From Desulfobacterales bacterium (lineage in GTDB: Bacteria > Desulfobacterota > Desulfobacteria > Desulfobacterales > UBA2245), in the NCBI GenBank assembly GCA_040771865.1, contig JAXGZF010000008.1:84722-148721 (forward strand): DNA of 64,000 nt. Reading direction: 5' to 3'. The notes under the pieces are model-generated. The model worked only from the letters and a program-made list of their open reading frames with translations. It made no database searches and was not told the DNA's origin. Below, piece after piece: positions 40,609 through 50,039 of this stretch. Position 1 is the stretch's first letter. Each line of letters starts with the position of its first letter. A program made the translations under genes and the position numbers.

Positions 40609-40685
40609 GGCGATGTAGCTCAGACGGTCAGAGCATGCGGCTCATATCCGCAGTGTCCGGGGTTCAAATCCCTGCATCGCCACCA
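40609..40685 (+). tRNA. tRNA-Met(CAU), probably elongator
   Basis: GGCGATG...TGCGG-CT-CAT-AT-CCGCA...GGTTCAAATCC...CATCGCC-ACCA; paired G1:C72 and no GGG/CCC anticodon stem, so not initiator. Confidence 0.93.
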
Positions 40686-40716
40686 CCACACAATCCAGTA
40701 TCATCCGATACTGTCC

Positions 40717-40745
40717 AAAAAGGCCTGAGAAATCAGGCCTTTTTT
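40717..40745 (+). terminator. Intrinsic terminator after tRNA-Met
   Basis: AGGCCTGA-GAAA-TCAGGCCT followed by a T tract. Confidence 0.75.
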
Positions 40746-40921
40746 ATTGTCCAACAGGCTCTTGTAAAGCACCGATAACATCCTAAAGTTTTAGTGGAAT
40801 TTATAGGGTTGTTCGGCCCTTCCACCAATATGGATTTCCCAAAAACAAGAGGCCAACGAACGGTGAAGATAGAGAAAACTCCGGGGTTAAATTCCATCAT
40901 CATGAAAGAGGAGGCGGAACG

Positions 40922-42058
40922 ATGAGAGACAGGTCATTTGCGACAATGTGGGCCGCGGTTTTGGTTGTTGTCCTGGGATGTGGAGTATCCTGGGCCGGAC
41001 CCTTGGACAGTCTGACGGACAAGGTGAAAGGGGTCATCAAAACACAGGCCGGAGAATCCGTGAATAAGATTACTAATCAGGGTGAAGCAGTTGCAGCGGA
41101 TAAGGAAAAAGGCCAGGGAGAGGGCGGGATTGCCGCACCCGCGGCGGCTCAGAAAATTCGCGGACCGGAGCCGGGGAATATTGTTTTTTCCTCCGTCCCC
41201 GTCGATCCGGCAAAACCCGACCAGCTGTCGGGAAGCTTCAAGATGGAAGACCCGATTTACGCCGTCGCTTATCTGGGAAAGGCCATCAAAGCCTTGAGCT
41301 CAAACCCGCAGTCGAAGACCGTGAATATCGAGGTCAGTTTCTGGAGAATTCAACCACCTCTGTATTCATACCAGCAGCCCAGCGAGATGTTCATTGACTA
41401 CAGCGCCGTCGCTCTGACGGGGAGCATTCTGGAAAAGGACGTTCTTTCCTTCGAGATACTGCCCGGCGTCGACGGCATGACCTCATATGGTTCGCCGGAG
41501 ATGAAGTACAAAAAGTTTGGAAACACCGCCGACGGCCCGGTGAAGATTGCGGAAAGCTTTTCGAAACTGGATCCGGGGAAACACACGATCGTCTTCAAGG
41601 TCAAGATCAATTATGCGGACGTGGCAACAGGGGAATTCGATATTGAAGGAGCTGATTTTACAAAGTTTTCTGCTCTAGCCGAAGAATACAGGAAAGCCGA
41701 AGCCGGTCAGGCGGCCGCCAGCGCCGAGATGCCCAAGGCAGCCATGAAAGACTCGAAACTGGAAGCGGAGATGATCGCCGCCTTGAAGGCTTCCCAGACT
41801 TATAACGATCGGATGAAAGGCGAGATCTTGCGTTTCGTTATTATTGATCCTGACTGGTTCATCCGCCGCCACCCCATTTCCGGAGCGGTCCTGCATCGCT
41901 ATATTCGCGCCGCCGCAGCAATTAAGGACTCTGCGGGCGAGTGCCGGGTCTGGAACCTGATTACCTTCCAGCAGGACTTTGTGGGGGGGCAGTTTCAGAA
42001 GAGCCGTTTTGACGGAGTCGGTGATCCCACTCCGATCCAATGCGAGAATGTGAAATAG
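40922..42058 (+). CDS. Hypothetical exported protein
   Basis: GGAGG SD, signal peptide, 378 aa, two C-terminal Cys. Confidence 0.75.
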   Translation: MRDRSFATMWAAVLVVVLGCGVSWAGPLDSLTDKVKGVIKTQAGESVNKITNQGEAVAADKEKGQGEGGIAAPAAAQKIRGPEPGNIVFSSVPVDPAKPDQLSGSFKMEDPIYAVAYLGKAIKALSSNPQSKTVNIEVSFWRIQPPLYSYQQPSEMFIDYSAVALTGSILEKDVLSFEILPGVDGMTSYGSPEMKYKKFGNTADGPVKIAESFSKLDPGKHTIVFKVKINYADVATGEFDIEGADFTKFSALAEEYRKAEAGQAAASAEMPKAAMKDSKLEAEMIAALKASQTYNDRMKGEILRFVIIDPDWFIRRHPISGAVLHRYIRAAAAIKDSAGECRVWNLITFQQDFVGGQFQKSRFDGVGDPTPIQCENVK

Positions 42059-42158
42059 CGTCCATCCGGAAACGGTCCGTTCTGCAGCGGTAAAACACTT
42101 CAGGAGCGACGCGGTCAAGGGATTGGCCCCTTACGCAGCTGCTTGCTGCAGGGGCAGG

Positions 42159-42200
42159 GTCCTAAATGGCAAAGCCGGACCTGGTTTTGCCATTTAGGAC
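42159..42200. repeat. Long palindrome
   Basis: GTCCTAAATGGCAAA...TTTGCCATTTAGGAC 15-bp perfect arms. Confidence 0.7.
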
Positions 42201-42418
42201 ATGTATTTAATTGTCAGTCGTTAATGTCTCCCAAATAGATGGAGGTACTCGCAGACTTTATTTGAATTGCGATGGCGTTTTCTGATTATTTTAATATACA
42301 TGAGTTGCATGATACGGAATCGAGGCGGCGTCAAGCTTAATATGCATGGGTCCAGTGATCGGGATATTGCCAACGCTCAGATGCTTGGGACAATACCATC
42401 CGAAAAAGGGTGTGTCTG

Positions 42419-43099
42419 ATGTGCGGACGATTTGTTCTGTTCAGTCCAAGCGAAGAGATTCGAAAGGCGTTTTCCATCGATTCGATTCAGGCGGAGGTCG
42501 CGCCCGATTACAATGTCTGCCCGACCCGGCACATCCTCACGGTTATAAATGAAAACGGACAAAACGTTCTGGTCAGAATGCACTGGGGGCTGGTTCCGTA
42601 CTGGGCCAAAGACAGGTCCCTGGCCGCGAGAATGATCAACGCCCGGTCCGAAACACTTTCGGAAAAACCGGGTTTTCGAAACGCCTTTAAAAAACGTCGA
42701 TGCCTGATTCCGGCAAACGGATATTACGAGTGGAAGGGGAAAAGGGGAAACAGGCAGCCCTGGTACATCACCACTGAAACCGGGGTGCCATTTGCCTTTG
42801 CCGGCCTGTGGGAACGCTGGATCGGCAAGGATTCTTCGAATGGTTCGCCTTTTGATTCCTGCGCGATCGTTACAACCGAGGCGATTGCTTCCATACGGCA
42901 TATTCACGACAGAATGCCGACAATGCCAGCTCCTGAGCATTATGAATCCTGGCTCGACCCCAACCTGGAGAACGCGAATGCACTGAACCGAATGCTGTGT
43001 ACCGGGGCCATCGAGCAGATCACGCACTATCCGGTGTCAAAAATTGTCAATTCGGTCCACAGAAACGGACCGGATCTGATACAAAAAATTGACGCGTGA
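42419..43099 (+). CDS. yedK: SOS response-associated peptidase (SRAP/YedK/HMCES) abasic-site protein
   Basis: MCGRF N-terminus, WGLVP.W, INARSET, RCLIPA.GYYEW, HDRMP. Confidence 0.92.
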   Translation: MCGRFVLFSPSEEIRKAFSIDSIQAEVAPDYNVCPTRHILTVINENGQNVLVRMHWGLVPYWAKDRSLAARMINARSETLSEKPGFRNAFKKRRCLIPANGYYEWKGKRGNRQPWYITTETGVPFAFAGLWERWIGKDSSNGSPFDSCAIVTTEAIASIRHIHDRMPTMPAPEHYESWLDPNLENANALNRMLCTGAIEQITHYPVSKIVNSVHRNGPDLIQKIDA

Positions 43100-43121
43100 C
43101 AGGCCGAGTTTCGTGTTCCAT

Positions 43122-43206
43122 GAGGGCATTGAAAAACTGCGCCGAAGTCCGCCATACAACGTTTCGCGCTCTGTTCGACGGCCTGATTCCGATTTTCAAC
43201 ACCCCG
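43122..43206. mobile_element. MITE family A, internally deleted copy
   Basis: Both ends match the 29634 copy (TTGAAAAACTG.GC...CCGCCAT.CA.CGTT; GACGGCCTGATTC...TTTTCAACACCC); centre missing. Confidence 0.7.
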
Positions 43207-43339
43207 AAGAAATCCCGTGATTCAAAGGAAATTTTCGAGAACAATTATTTTTTGGAACGGAAGTTGAATGTATGTTATAAAATGAACATGAAAGAATAAT
43301 TATGATTTTTTTGTGAGTGTAAGGGAGACTTCACAGTCA

Positions 43340-44272
43340 ATGAATGAGCCCCGGCGTACTTTCAGCGATCTACTGAGCGCGGAGGATTCCGCGGCCGTTT
43401 TCGAAGAGATCCGATATCTCGTTTTCCTCATGGATCCGGAGTATGATTTTCTGACGTTCTCGTCGGTTCAGTCAGATGTTATCCGCCTTTTTCAGGGCGA
43501 ATTTCCCGGGTATCGGGCCTGCAATACGCGGTATCACGACCTTGAGCATACCATGGCTGTTACGCTGGCCGTCTTCAGGCTCCTGCACGGCGCATTTGTG
43601 CGAGGCATTTCTTTCAGTTCTCACGAGCTGACCCTGGGGTTGATCTGCGCCTTGTTTCACGACGTCGGGCTGATTCAGACCGACACCGACTTGGAAGGGT
43701 CGGGTGCCAAGTATACGGCCAACCACGAGGAACGCAGCATCGAGTTCACGCGGCGCTACCTTGGGACGAAAAATTTTTTGCGTCAGGATCTTGACGATTG
43801 CGCGGCGATCATCACCTGCACCAAACTGAGCAAGGTTCCAGCGGATATCGCGTTTCGAAACGAAACGGTGCGTATGCTCGGAAATATACTGGGTTCCGCG
43901 GACCTTCTGGCTCAGATGGCCGACCGGAAATACCTGGAAAAGCTGCTGCTGCTGTTCCAGGAATTCGACGAGGCCGGTCTTCCGGGATTCAATTCGGAGC
44001 TCGAACTGCTTCGAAAAACGGAAGAGTTTTACGAGCGCGTGGTTCAGAAGCGTCTTTGCCATGATTTTGATGACGTGGACCGCTACATGCGTGTTCATTT
44101 CAGAACCCGATGGCAGATCGATGCGGATCTTTACCGGGACTCCGTTCGAAGAAATATTCAGTATCTGCAGACCGTTATCGCCGGGTGCAAGGACCATCGC
44201 CAGTGCGGGAAATATCTTGAAACCCTGCGCCGGAACGGGATGAACGGAAAGACGGACTGCCGGCAATACTGA
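43340..44272 (+). CDS. HD-domain metal-dependent phosphohydrolase
   Basis: YHDLEH, LFHDVG, HEERS, ADL. Confidence 0.82.
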   Translation: MNEPRRTFSDLLSAEDSAAVFEEIRYLVFLMDPEYDFLTFSSVQSDVIRLFQGEFPGYRACNTRYHDLEHTMAVTLAVFRLLHGAFVRGISFSSHELTLGLICALFHDVGLIQTDTDLEGSGAKYTANHEERSIEFTRRYLGTKNFLRQDLDDCAAIITCTKLSKVPADIAFRNETVRMLGNILGSADLLAQMADRKYLEKLLLLFQEFDEAGLPGFNSELELLRKTEEFYERVVQKRLCHDFDDVDRYMRVHFRTRWQIDADLYRDSVRRNIQYLQTVIAGCKDHRQCGKYLETLRRNGMNGKTDCRQY

Positions 44273-44328
44273 CGGCTTCGTAACAAGTCCAATTTCTGCG
44301 TTTCCCTGCATTCCGCGTCATTGCGACA
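44271..44328. mobile_element. Truncated copy of MITE family B
   Basis: TTCGTAACAAGTCCAATTTCTGCGT resembles TTCGTAAAAAGTCAAATTTCTGTGT at 9688. Confidence 0.5.
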
Positions 44329-44334
44329 CGAGCG

Positions 44335-45717
44335 TTACTTTTCAGATCGCGGACGCACGCCGTTCAGAAAGATCATCTTTTCCAAGCGCCGAAGCAGCGT
44401 GCCCTTTTTCCTGTCAAAATCCCGCCTTTCACTGCCCGGCGCCAGCGTGGTCACGGAGGCACGGCCGATGACGGCGCGATCTGATTTTCCGAACAGACTT
44501 TTTGTCGAAACTCCCCAGACGTTGTGAAACACCAGGGGTTCATTCCGAAAGCTGCCGATGTAGAGCATGATGTGACCCCTGAGCCAGAGCAGGGTGGCAA
44601 AGGGAACCCCCTCCGCCAGAATCCGTGTTTTCTTTTCGGCTTCCGGCAGATCGCCCAGATCGACAAAGCGGCCCTGTTCGGCCTGTTCGAATGAGTTCCG
44701 CGGCAGCCAGACGCCGAAGGGAGCAAACAGGTCCCTGATCATCGCCGAACAGTCGCGGTTCATCAGAATGCCTCCCCAGCCGTAGGGTTCGCCGGACAAT
44801 TCCATTGCCACCCGGGCGACATTGGCGGCGGTCATCTCCATGGGCTGAATGCAGGCATCGGATGCCTCGACGGTTGCCGGCCTGATGACCGCCCGGCGAT
44901 TCTCGTCCGGAACCGCGATGCCGATTCTGTATCCGGCATCGGTTGCAGCGATCAGCGGAAACAAAGATCCCAAGGGCGCCTTAAAACGAAATGTGCCGGA
45001 GTCGTCGCGGATCGGAATCTCGTCTTTGACCATGCAGACAGAGGAATTACCTTGCCAGGAACGAATAAAAGCCTCATCGACGCGGGCGACGTCCGTGGCC
45101 GGAATCCATCCGAGGCAGTAATGCGATTCGGTCAGAACCCAGGCCCCGTCTCGGGAAACATGGCTGACGAAGACCGGAGTGTTGGCGGCCATGGCCGATT
45201 CCTGCAGGTTGTCAAAAGGATATCCTTGGCCCGGGGCCTGAAAGCTGGTAAAGTGTGGGCCTTGGGTCGGAAGGGCTCGAATGTCCGTGTTGTGGATCGT
45301 GATCGCGGGAAAACAGGCGTTCGGATAGGCGTCCATATCGGTATTTCGGGCGATGTCTCGAATCCATGCGGCATCGTGCGGTTTTCCGTTTTCCCCGTAT
45401 CCGGGATCCCTGCCGAATCTGAGCAGCTTTTTCTCCAGGATCGACCTTGGATATTCGGGCGCCTGCCGGCGCCAGGGCGCAAACAGGATGTCCTGAAAGG
45501 CTCTGCTCGCCATCAGCTGGCTTCGGGCGTCCATGATCGGACGGCCGGAATCCATGGGGTTCAGATGGGCGGCTGGATTCTGATCCAGAATTCGAAGATC
45601 CTGAATCGGTTCGGGTCCGCTGCATGCGCCAATCACAAGAAACAGCGCCATGACGGCCATTCGGGGTATTTGATGGCCGGCTGACTGGATCACAGGCGGG
45701 GTTTGTCGCATTTTCAT
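44335..45717 (-). CDS. NlpC/P60 lipoprotein with SH3b domains (peptidoglycan peptide hydrolase)
   Basis: Lipobox VIGAC; YPFDNLQES; PYGWGG..RDCS, GHIMLY, HN. Confidence 0.85.
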   Translation of the reverse strand: MKMRQTPPVIQSAGHQIPRMAVMALFLVIGACSGPEPIQDLRILDQNPAAHLNPMDSGRPIMDARSQLMASRAFQDILFAPWRRQAPEYPRSILEKKLLRFGRDPGYGENGKPHDAAWIRDIARNTDMDAYPNACFPAITIHNTDIRALPTQGPHFTSFQAPGQGYPFDNLQESAMAANTPVFVSHVSRDGAWVLTESHYCLGWIPATDVARVDEAFIRSWQGNSSVCMVKDEIPIRDDSGTFRFKAPLGSLFPLIAATDAGYRIGIAVPDENRRAVIRPATVEASDACIQPMEMTAANVARVAMELSGEPYGWGGILMNRDCSAMIRDLFAPFGVWLPRNSFEQAEQGRFVDLGDLPEAEKKTRILAEGVPFATLLWLRGHIMLYIGSFRNEPLVFHNVWGVSTKSLFGKSDRAVIGRASVTTLAPGSERRDFDRKKGTLLRRLEKMIFLNGVRPRSEK

Positions 45718-45875
45718 AAAGCCGGAAAGGCTCCTTCCTCGTTTGGTTTGCGCAACCGTCCATGGTGGATGGTCGAGTAAATTATTCTATAGATCATGGG
45801 TTCTTGCAAGCCGCGAGTTGGAATCGGCGCGGGCGGTTTTACGAACCGGGCTTTCAAGACACCCGAAGGGGGATC

Positions 45876-46601
45876 ATGATCGAGCGCGTGGACGGCGGGT
45901 ATGCCGCGACTTACCTGATTCAGGGAAATGACGGCTGGGTCGTGGTCGATCCAGGGACCCGGCTTGCAGCGGATCTGGCGGCCGCCCGAATCGGCAAGGC
46001 CCCGGTTAGCCTGATCTGCGCAACCCACTTCCATATCGATCACATCGGGGGGATCGAGAGGCTTCTGGCATATTATCCGAATGCGGCCGTGATGTTCTCC
46101 GCCGGCGCGACGCCCTTTGCAAAAGGCCTTGAACCGCTGCCGGTTCCCGTTTTCCGGCGATGGATTCTCGGCCTGATTCCCGTAGCAGTGAGACTGGGCC
46201 ATCCGATTCGGAACCTGTATCAGGGCGCGATCAGCGTCAGGGCGGGCATTTTGCTTCCCTTTTTCGGAAAGGCTTCAAAACTCAACTTTCCTTTTCAGTG
46301 CCGGCTTCAGGAAGGCCGGAGTATTCGCGGTCTGGAAGGGTGGCGGATCATCGAAACGCCTGGGCACACTCCAGACAGCATCAGCCTTTTTCATTCGAAT
46401 TCCCGGTCCCTGATCAGCGGGGACACGATTCTGAACATGAGCGGAAGCGGTGAGCTGAACCGTTTCTGCTGCAACTGGGCCGACATACGGAAATCGTTTC
46501 GAAAACTTTCGGCCCTGCCGGTTGAAAACCTGTATCCCGGGCACGGCCCCTCCCTGTGCGGAATTCAGGATGTTCTGGCCCGGGTTCAAATACGGCCATG
46601 A
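45876..46601 (+). CDS. MBL-fold metallo-hydrolase
   Basis: THFHIDHIGG, TPGHT, SGD, PGHG. Confidence 0.88.
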   Translation: MIERVDGGYAATYLIQGNDGWVVVDPGTRLAADLAAARIGKAPVSLICATHFHIDHIGGIERLLAYYPNAAVMFSAGATPFAKGLEPLPVPVFRRWILGLIPVAVRLGHPIRNLYQGAISVRAGILLPFFGKASKLNFPFQCRLQEGRSIRGLEGWRIIETPGHTPDSISLFHSNSRSLISGDTILNMSGSGELNRFCCNWADIRKSFRKLSALPVENLYPGHGPSLCGIQDVLARVQIRP

Positions 46602-46728
46602 TATTTTGATTCCCCCTTCGGAGTATGATATGAGATTCGAAAACCGGTAAAATCAGGGTAGGCATTCATCCTTTGACGCCGGCTATGCCGTATTCCCCGA
46701 TTCTGATCGAATCGCGGTGCGAGGTTTC

Positions 46729-48378
46729 ATGTATCAATGTTTTTTCGGATTCAAGGAAAGACCCTTCAAGCTGGTTCCGGATCCCGATTACCTGTACCTG
46801 AGCGCCAGCCACGAGGAAGCGCTGGCGCATCTGCGGTATGCGGTCAAGCACGGGGACGGGTTCGTCAAAATCACCGGCGAGGTGGGAACCGGCAAGACCA
46901 CGTTGTGCCGGGCTTTTCTGGAAACCCTGGATGAGGATACCGAGGCCGCCTATATTTTCAATCCCAGACTCGATCCAATCGAATTGATCAAGGCGATCAA
47001 CGATGAATTCGGCATCGATTCGTCATCCGACCATCTCAAGACTCTGATCGACGCTTTGAACGCTTTCCTGATAGAACAGAAGCAGAAGGGGAAAAATTCG
47101 ATTCTGCTGATCGACGAGGCTCAGAATCTGCCGCCCGATGTTCTGGAACAGCTCCGGCTGCTCTCCAACCTGGAGACGACCCGTGAAAAACTCTTGCAGA
47201 TCATCCTGGTGGGACAGCCCGAACTGAGTCAGCTGCTGGCCACCCATGCCCTGAGACAGCTCGCCCAGCGAATTACCCTGAGTTGTCGCCTGAGACCCTT
47301 GAATTTTAAAGAAACCAGAGATTATATTCGACATCGGATTCGGGTGGCCTCGGTTCGACCCAGCGTTATTTTTAACTGGAGAGCGGTGCGGGCGATCCAT
47401 AGATACAGCAGGGGCGTTCCCAGACTGATCAATATTGCATGCGACCGGTCGTTGTTGACCGCCTATGGTGCGGATCAAAGATGTGTTACGGCGGCAATTG
47501 CCAGAAAAGCCATCGCCGAGATCTCGGGAAAATCCCTGAAGAGATTCGACGGCTGGGTGAGATGGGCGGCTTTTGCCGCCATTCTATCCGCTGTTGGAAC
47601 GGCCAGCTTTCTTCTGGCGTACCGTCCGAATACAAAGACACAAGGTACCGTGTCATATTCGATGATTGACGTCGCTGCTGAGAAGCGCCTTTATTTTGAC
47701 GATTATGCGAGCTTTTCATCGTGGCTGGCCGGAATCGATTTCAAAGCGTCTCGACACAGTGCTGTAGAAAATGTAATGAAGCTCTGGGAATCGAATTCGC
47801 AGATTCACCCCTATCTGTATGCCATCCCTGATGATTCGAGCTTTTTTCATGCATCCGCCGAACAAAACGGTTTTAAGGTTCAGACTTTCAATTGCGATAT
47901 TCCGCGGCTTGCGGCCATAAATCTTCCCGCAGTGATCGAACTGAAACTTCCCACAGACACATTTTTCCATTATCTAAGCTTGGAAGGCTTTGACGACTCG
48001 GGGCGTCTGGTCTGCGGGAGTGCGGACGGCAAGGTGGCGATTAAAAGCGAGGCGCTCGATCCTTTTCGGACAGGGGTCGCCTATGTTTTCTGGAAGAACT
48101 TTTATGCCTATCAGGGCACGATTCCATTGAATTCGGGTTCGTCCGCGATTCTGTCGCTGAAAATGAACCTGAAACAGATCGGATTTTCCGATATCGACAT
48201 GTCGCCGTCCTTTGATGCAAAAACCCGGCGCGCCATCGAACAGTTTCAGGCGCGCAACGGTATTCCCGTGGACGGTCTGGTCGGCCCGCTGACCCAGATG
48301 GCGCTGTACAATCATACGCCGTCTTTGCCCATACCCCGTCTTCGACCGAACCTTCCGCTTCAGGACAAAGATTTTTAA
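46729..48378 (+). CDS. exeA: ExeA/GspA-like AAA ATPase with peptidoglycan-binding domain
   Basis: GEVGTGKT, IDEAQ, LVGQPEL, GVPRLIN; TM; C-terminal FQARNGIPVDGLVGP. Confidence 0.9.
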   Translation: MYQCFFGFKERPFKLVPDPDYLYLSASHEEALAHLRYAVKHGDGFVKITGEVGTGKTTLCRAFLETLDEDTEAAYIFNPRLDPIELIKAINDEFGIDSSSDHLKTLIDALNAFLIEQKQKGKNSILLIDEAQNLPPDVLEQLRLLSNLETTREKLLQIILVGQPELSQLLATHALRQLAQRITLSCRLRPLNFKETRDYIRHRIRVASVRPSVIFNWRAVRAIHRYSRGVPRLINIACDRSLLTAYGADQRCVTAAIARKAIAEISGKSLKRFDGWVRWAAFAAILSAVGTASFLLAYRPNTKTQGTVSYSMIDVAAEKRLYFDDYASFSSWLAGIDFKASRHSAVENVMKLWESNSQIHPYLYAIPDDSSFFHASAEQNGFKVQTFNCDIPRLAAINLPAVIELKLPTDTFFHYLSLEGFDDSGRLVCGSADGKVAIKSEALDPFRTGVAYVFWKNFYAYQGTIPLNSGSSAILSLKMNLKQIGFSDIDMSPSFDAKTRRAIEQFQARNGIPVDGLVGPLTQMALYNHTPSLPIPRLRPNLPLQDKDF

Positions 48379-48392
48379 ATGGAAAAGAGAAA

Positions 48393-49151
48393 TTGAGCGC
48401 AATACTCAAGGCCTTAAAAAAACTTGAAGATCAGACGACCGACGGATTTGCCGCCGCGCGAAGCGGCGCACAAATGACGCCGGAAAGAATTCCGGAGCAT
48501 GTGGCGCGGAAAAGAGCCTGGTACAGAGCCGGTTTCTGGACGTTTGTCATTGCGGCTCTTGGCTTTATGGCCGCCGGCGGCGTGTGGATATACAAGACCC
48601 TGCCGGTAAAATCCGCATTCCAGGACTCGGAATCAAAGAGTGAGGAAGGTTTCAGAAGCGAGGCGCAACCGGTCCGGGCGCCTCATCAGGGTCTGCCCAA
48701 GCCGAAGGACGTCCCGGCGAAAACGGCCCCTCCGCAGCGTGGCGCGAATATCCCGAAACATGCGAAACTGCCCATTCAGAATGTGTCTTCCGCGCCGCCG
48801 CTTCAGAACTCAAAACCTCAGGTTCGACCCGATCTGAATGCGCCGCCCGCTGTTCAAACGTCTCAGGATGCGCCGGTTGTGCGTGATGATTCGTCGTTTT
48901 CGACGCCGCACGAGTCCGCATACAATCCGCCTTCCAAAAGTGCTGCTCCGCCGGTATTGAAGGATTCATCCTTGAGAATTCAAGCCATTGCATGGGCTGA
49001 GGATCCCCTGCGGCGGATTGTGGTGATCAACGGCCGCATCCTGCACGAGGGTGAGACGGCGGATGATTGCTACATTCAAACGATTCACCCCGAGGCAATC
49101 GAGGTCCGGCAGGGAGAAAGGTTGTGGACGATTGAATTCAGAATCAATTGA
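48393..49151 (+). CDS. exeB: ExeB/GspB-like protein
   Basis: (M)SAILKALKKLE, TM, Pro-rich linker, IQAIAW...RIVVING..LHEG. Confidence 0.8.
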   Translation: MSAILKALKKLEDQTTDGFAAARSGAQMTPERIPEHVARKRAWYRAGFWTFVIAALGFMAAGGVWIYKTLPVKSAFQDSESKSEEGFRSEAQPVRAPHQGLPKPKDVPAKTAPPQRGANIPKHAKLPIQNVSSAPPLQNSKPQVRPDLNAPPAVQTSQDAPVVRDDSSFSTPHESAYNPPSKSAAPPVLKDSSLRIQAIAWAEDPLRRIVVINGRILHEGETADDCYIQTIHPEAIEVRQGERLWTIEFRIN

Positions 49152-49181
49152 AAGGACGACCGGGATGCCGGGGATTGGCTC

Positions 49182-50039
49182 ATGGGAAAACGAGGACTTT
49201 TAACTGCGAATTTTGGAAAAACCGGTCGCAGTGTCACCCGGGTGGGGCTGGGCGGAGAAGGCGCGCTGCGCACTTTCGGAAAACCCGAACCGGCTTGCGA
49301 GGTGATCCGTAAGGCGCTGGACTGCGGCATTACGTATTTTGATACGGCAAGGGCCTATGCGGACAGCGAAACATATTACGGCACCGTCTGGTCGGAAAAA
49401 CCCCGCATCCGGTCCCGGATATTTCAGGCCGGCAAATCCGCCGCCAGAGACCGGATCTCCGCGATCAGGGCCCTGGATCAGACCCTGGAACGGCTCAGTA
49501 CCGACTATCTGGATCTCTGGCAGATTCACGACGTGAGGACCCGCGGAGAGCTTGACCAAATCGCCGGACCCGGCGGCGCTCTGGAGGCTTTTGTCGAGGC
49601 CAGGGATGCCGGAAGGGTTCGATATATCGGCGTGACCGGACATCATGACCCGGCCGTTCTGACCGAGGCGGTTTTGAACTGGCCCGTGGATGCCGTGATG
49701 ATGCCGGTCAATCCGGTGGAGGCCGCGCTCGGGGGATTTCTGACCGAAACGCTTCCGGTCGCGCTGGAAAAGGGAATCGCCGTGATCGGCATGAAGGTGC
49801 TGGGCGCCTCGCATTATATTCTTTCACAGGCGGGAATCAGCGCGGAATATCTGATCCGGTTCGCGCTGTCCTGTGACATTACGCTGGCCATTGTCGGTTG
49901 CTCGACCGCGTCGGAAGTCGAGGTGCTCGCTGATACCGCGAGGCGCTACAACCCGTTTTCTTCTTCTGAAATGGCGGATATTGCGGCGCTTTATCGGCCG
50001 TACGCCGAACATCTGGCATTTTACCGGGGAGTGATTTGA
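49182..50039 (+). CDS. Aldo/keto reductase
   Basis: GITYFDTARAY, DYLDLWQIH, IGVTGH, MKVLG. Confidence 0.9.
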   Translation: MGKRGLLTANFGKTGRSVTRVGLGGEGALRTFGKPEPACEVIRKALDCGITYFDTARAYADSETYYGTVWSEKPRIRSRIFQAGKSAARDRISAIRALDQTLERLSTDYLDLWQIHDVRTRGELDQIAGPGGALEAFVEARDAGRVRYIGVTGHHDPAVLTEAVLNWPVDAVMMPVNPVEAALGGFLTETLPVALEKGIAVIGMKVLGASHYILSQAGISAEYLIRFALSCDITLAIVGCSTASEVEVLADTARRYNPFSSSEMADIAALYRPYAEHLAFYRGVI

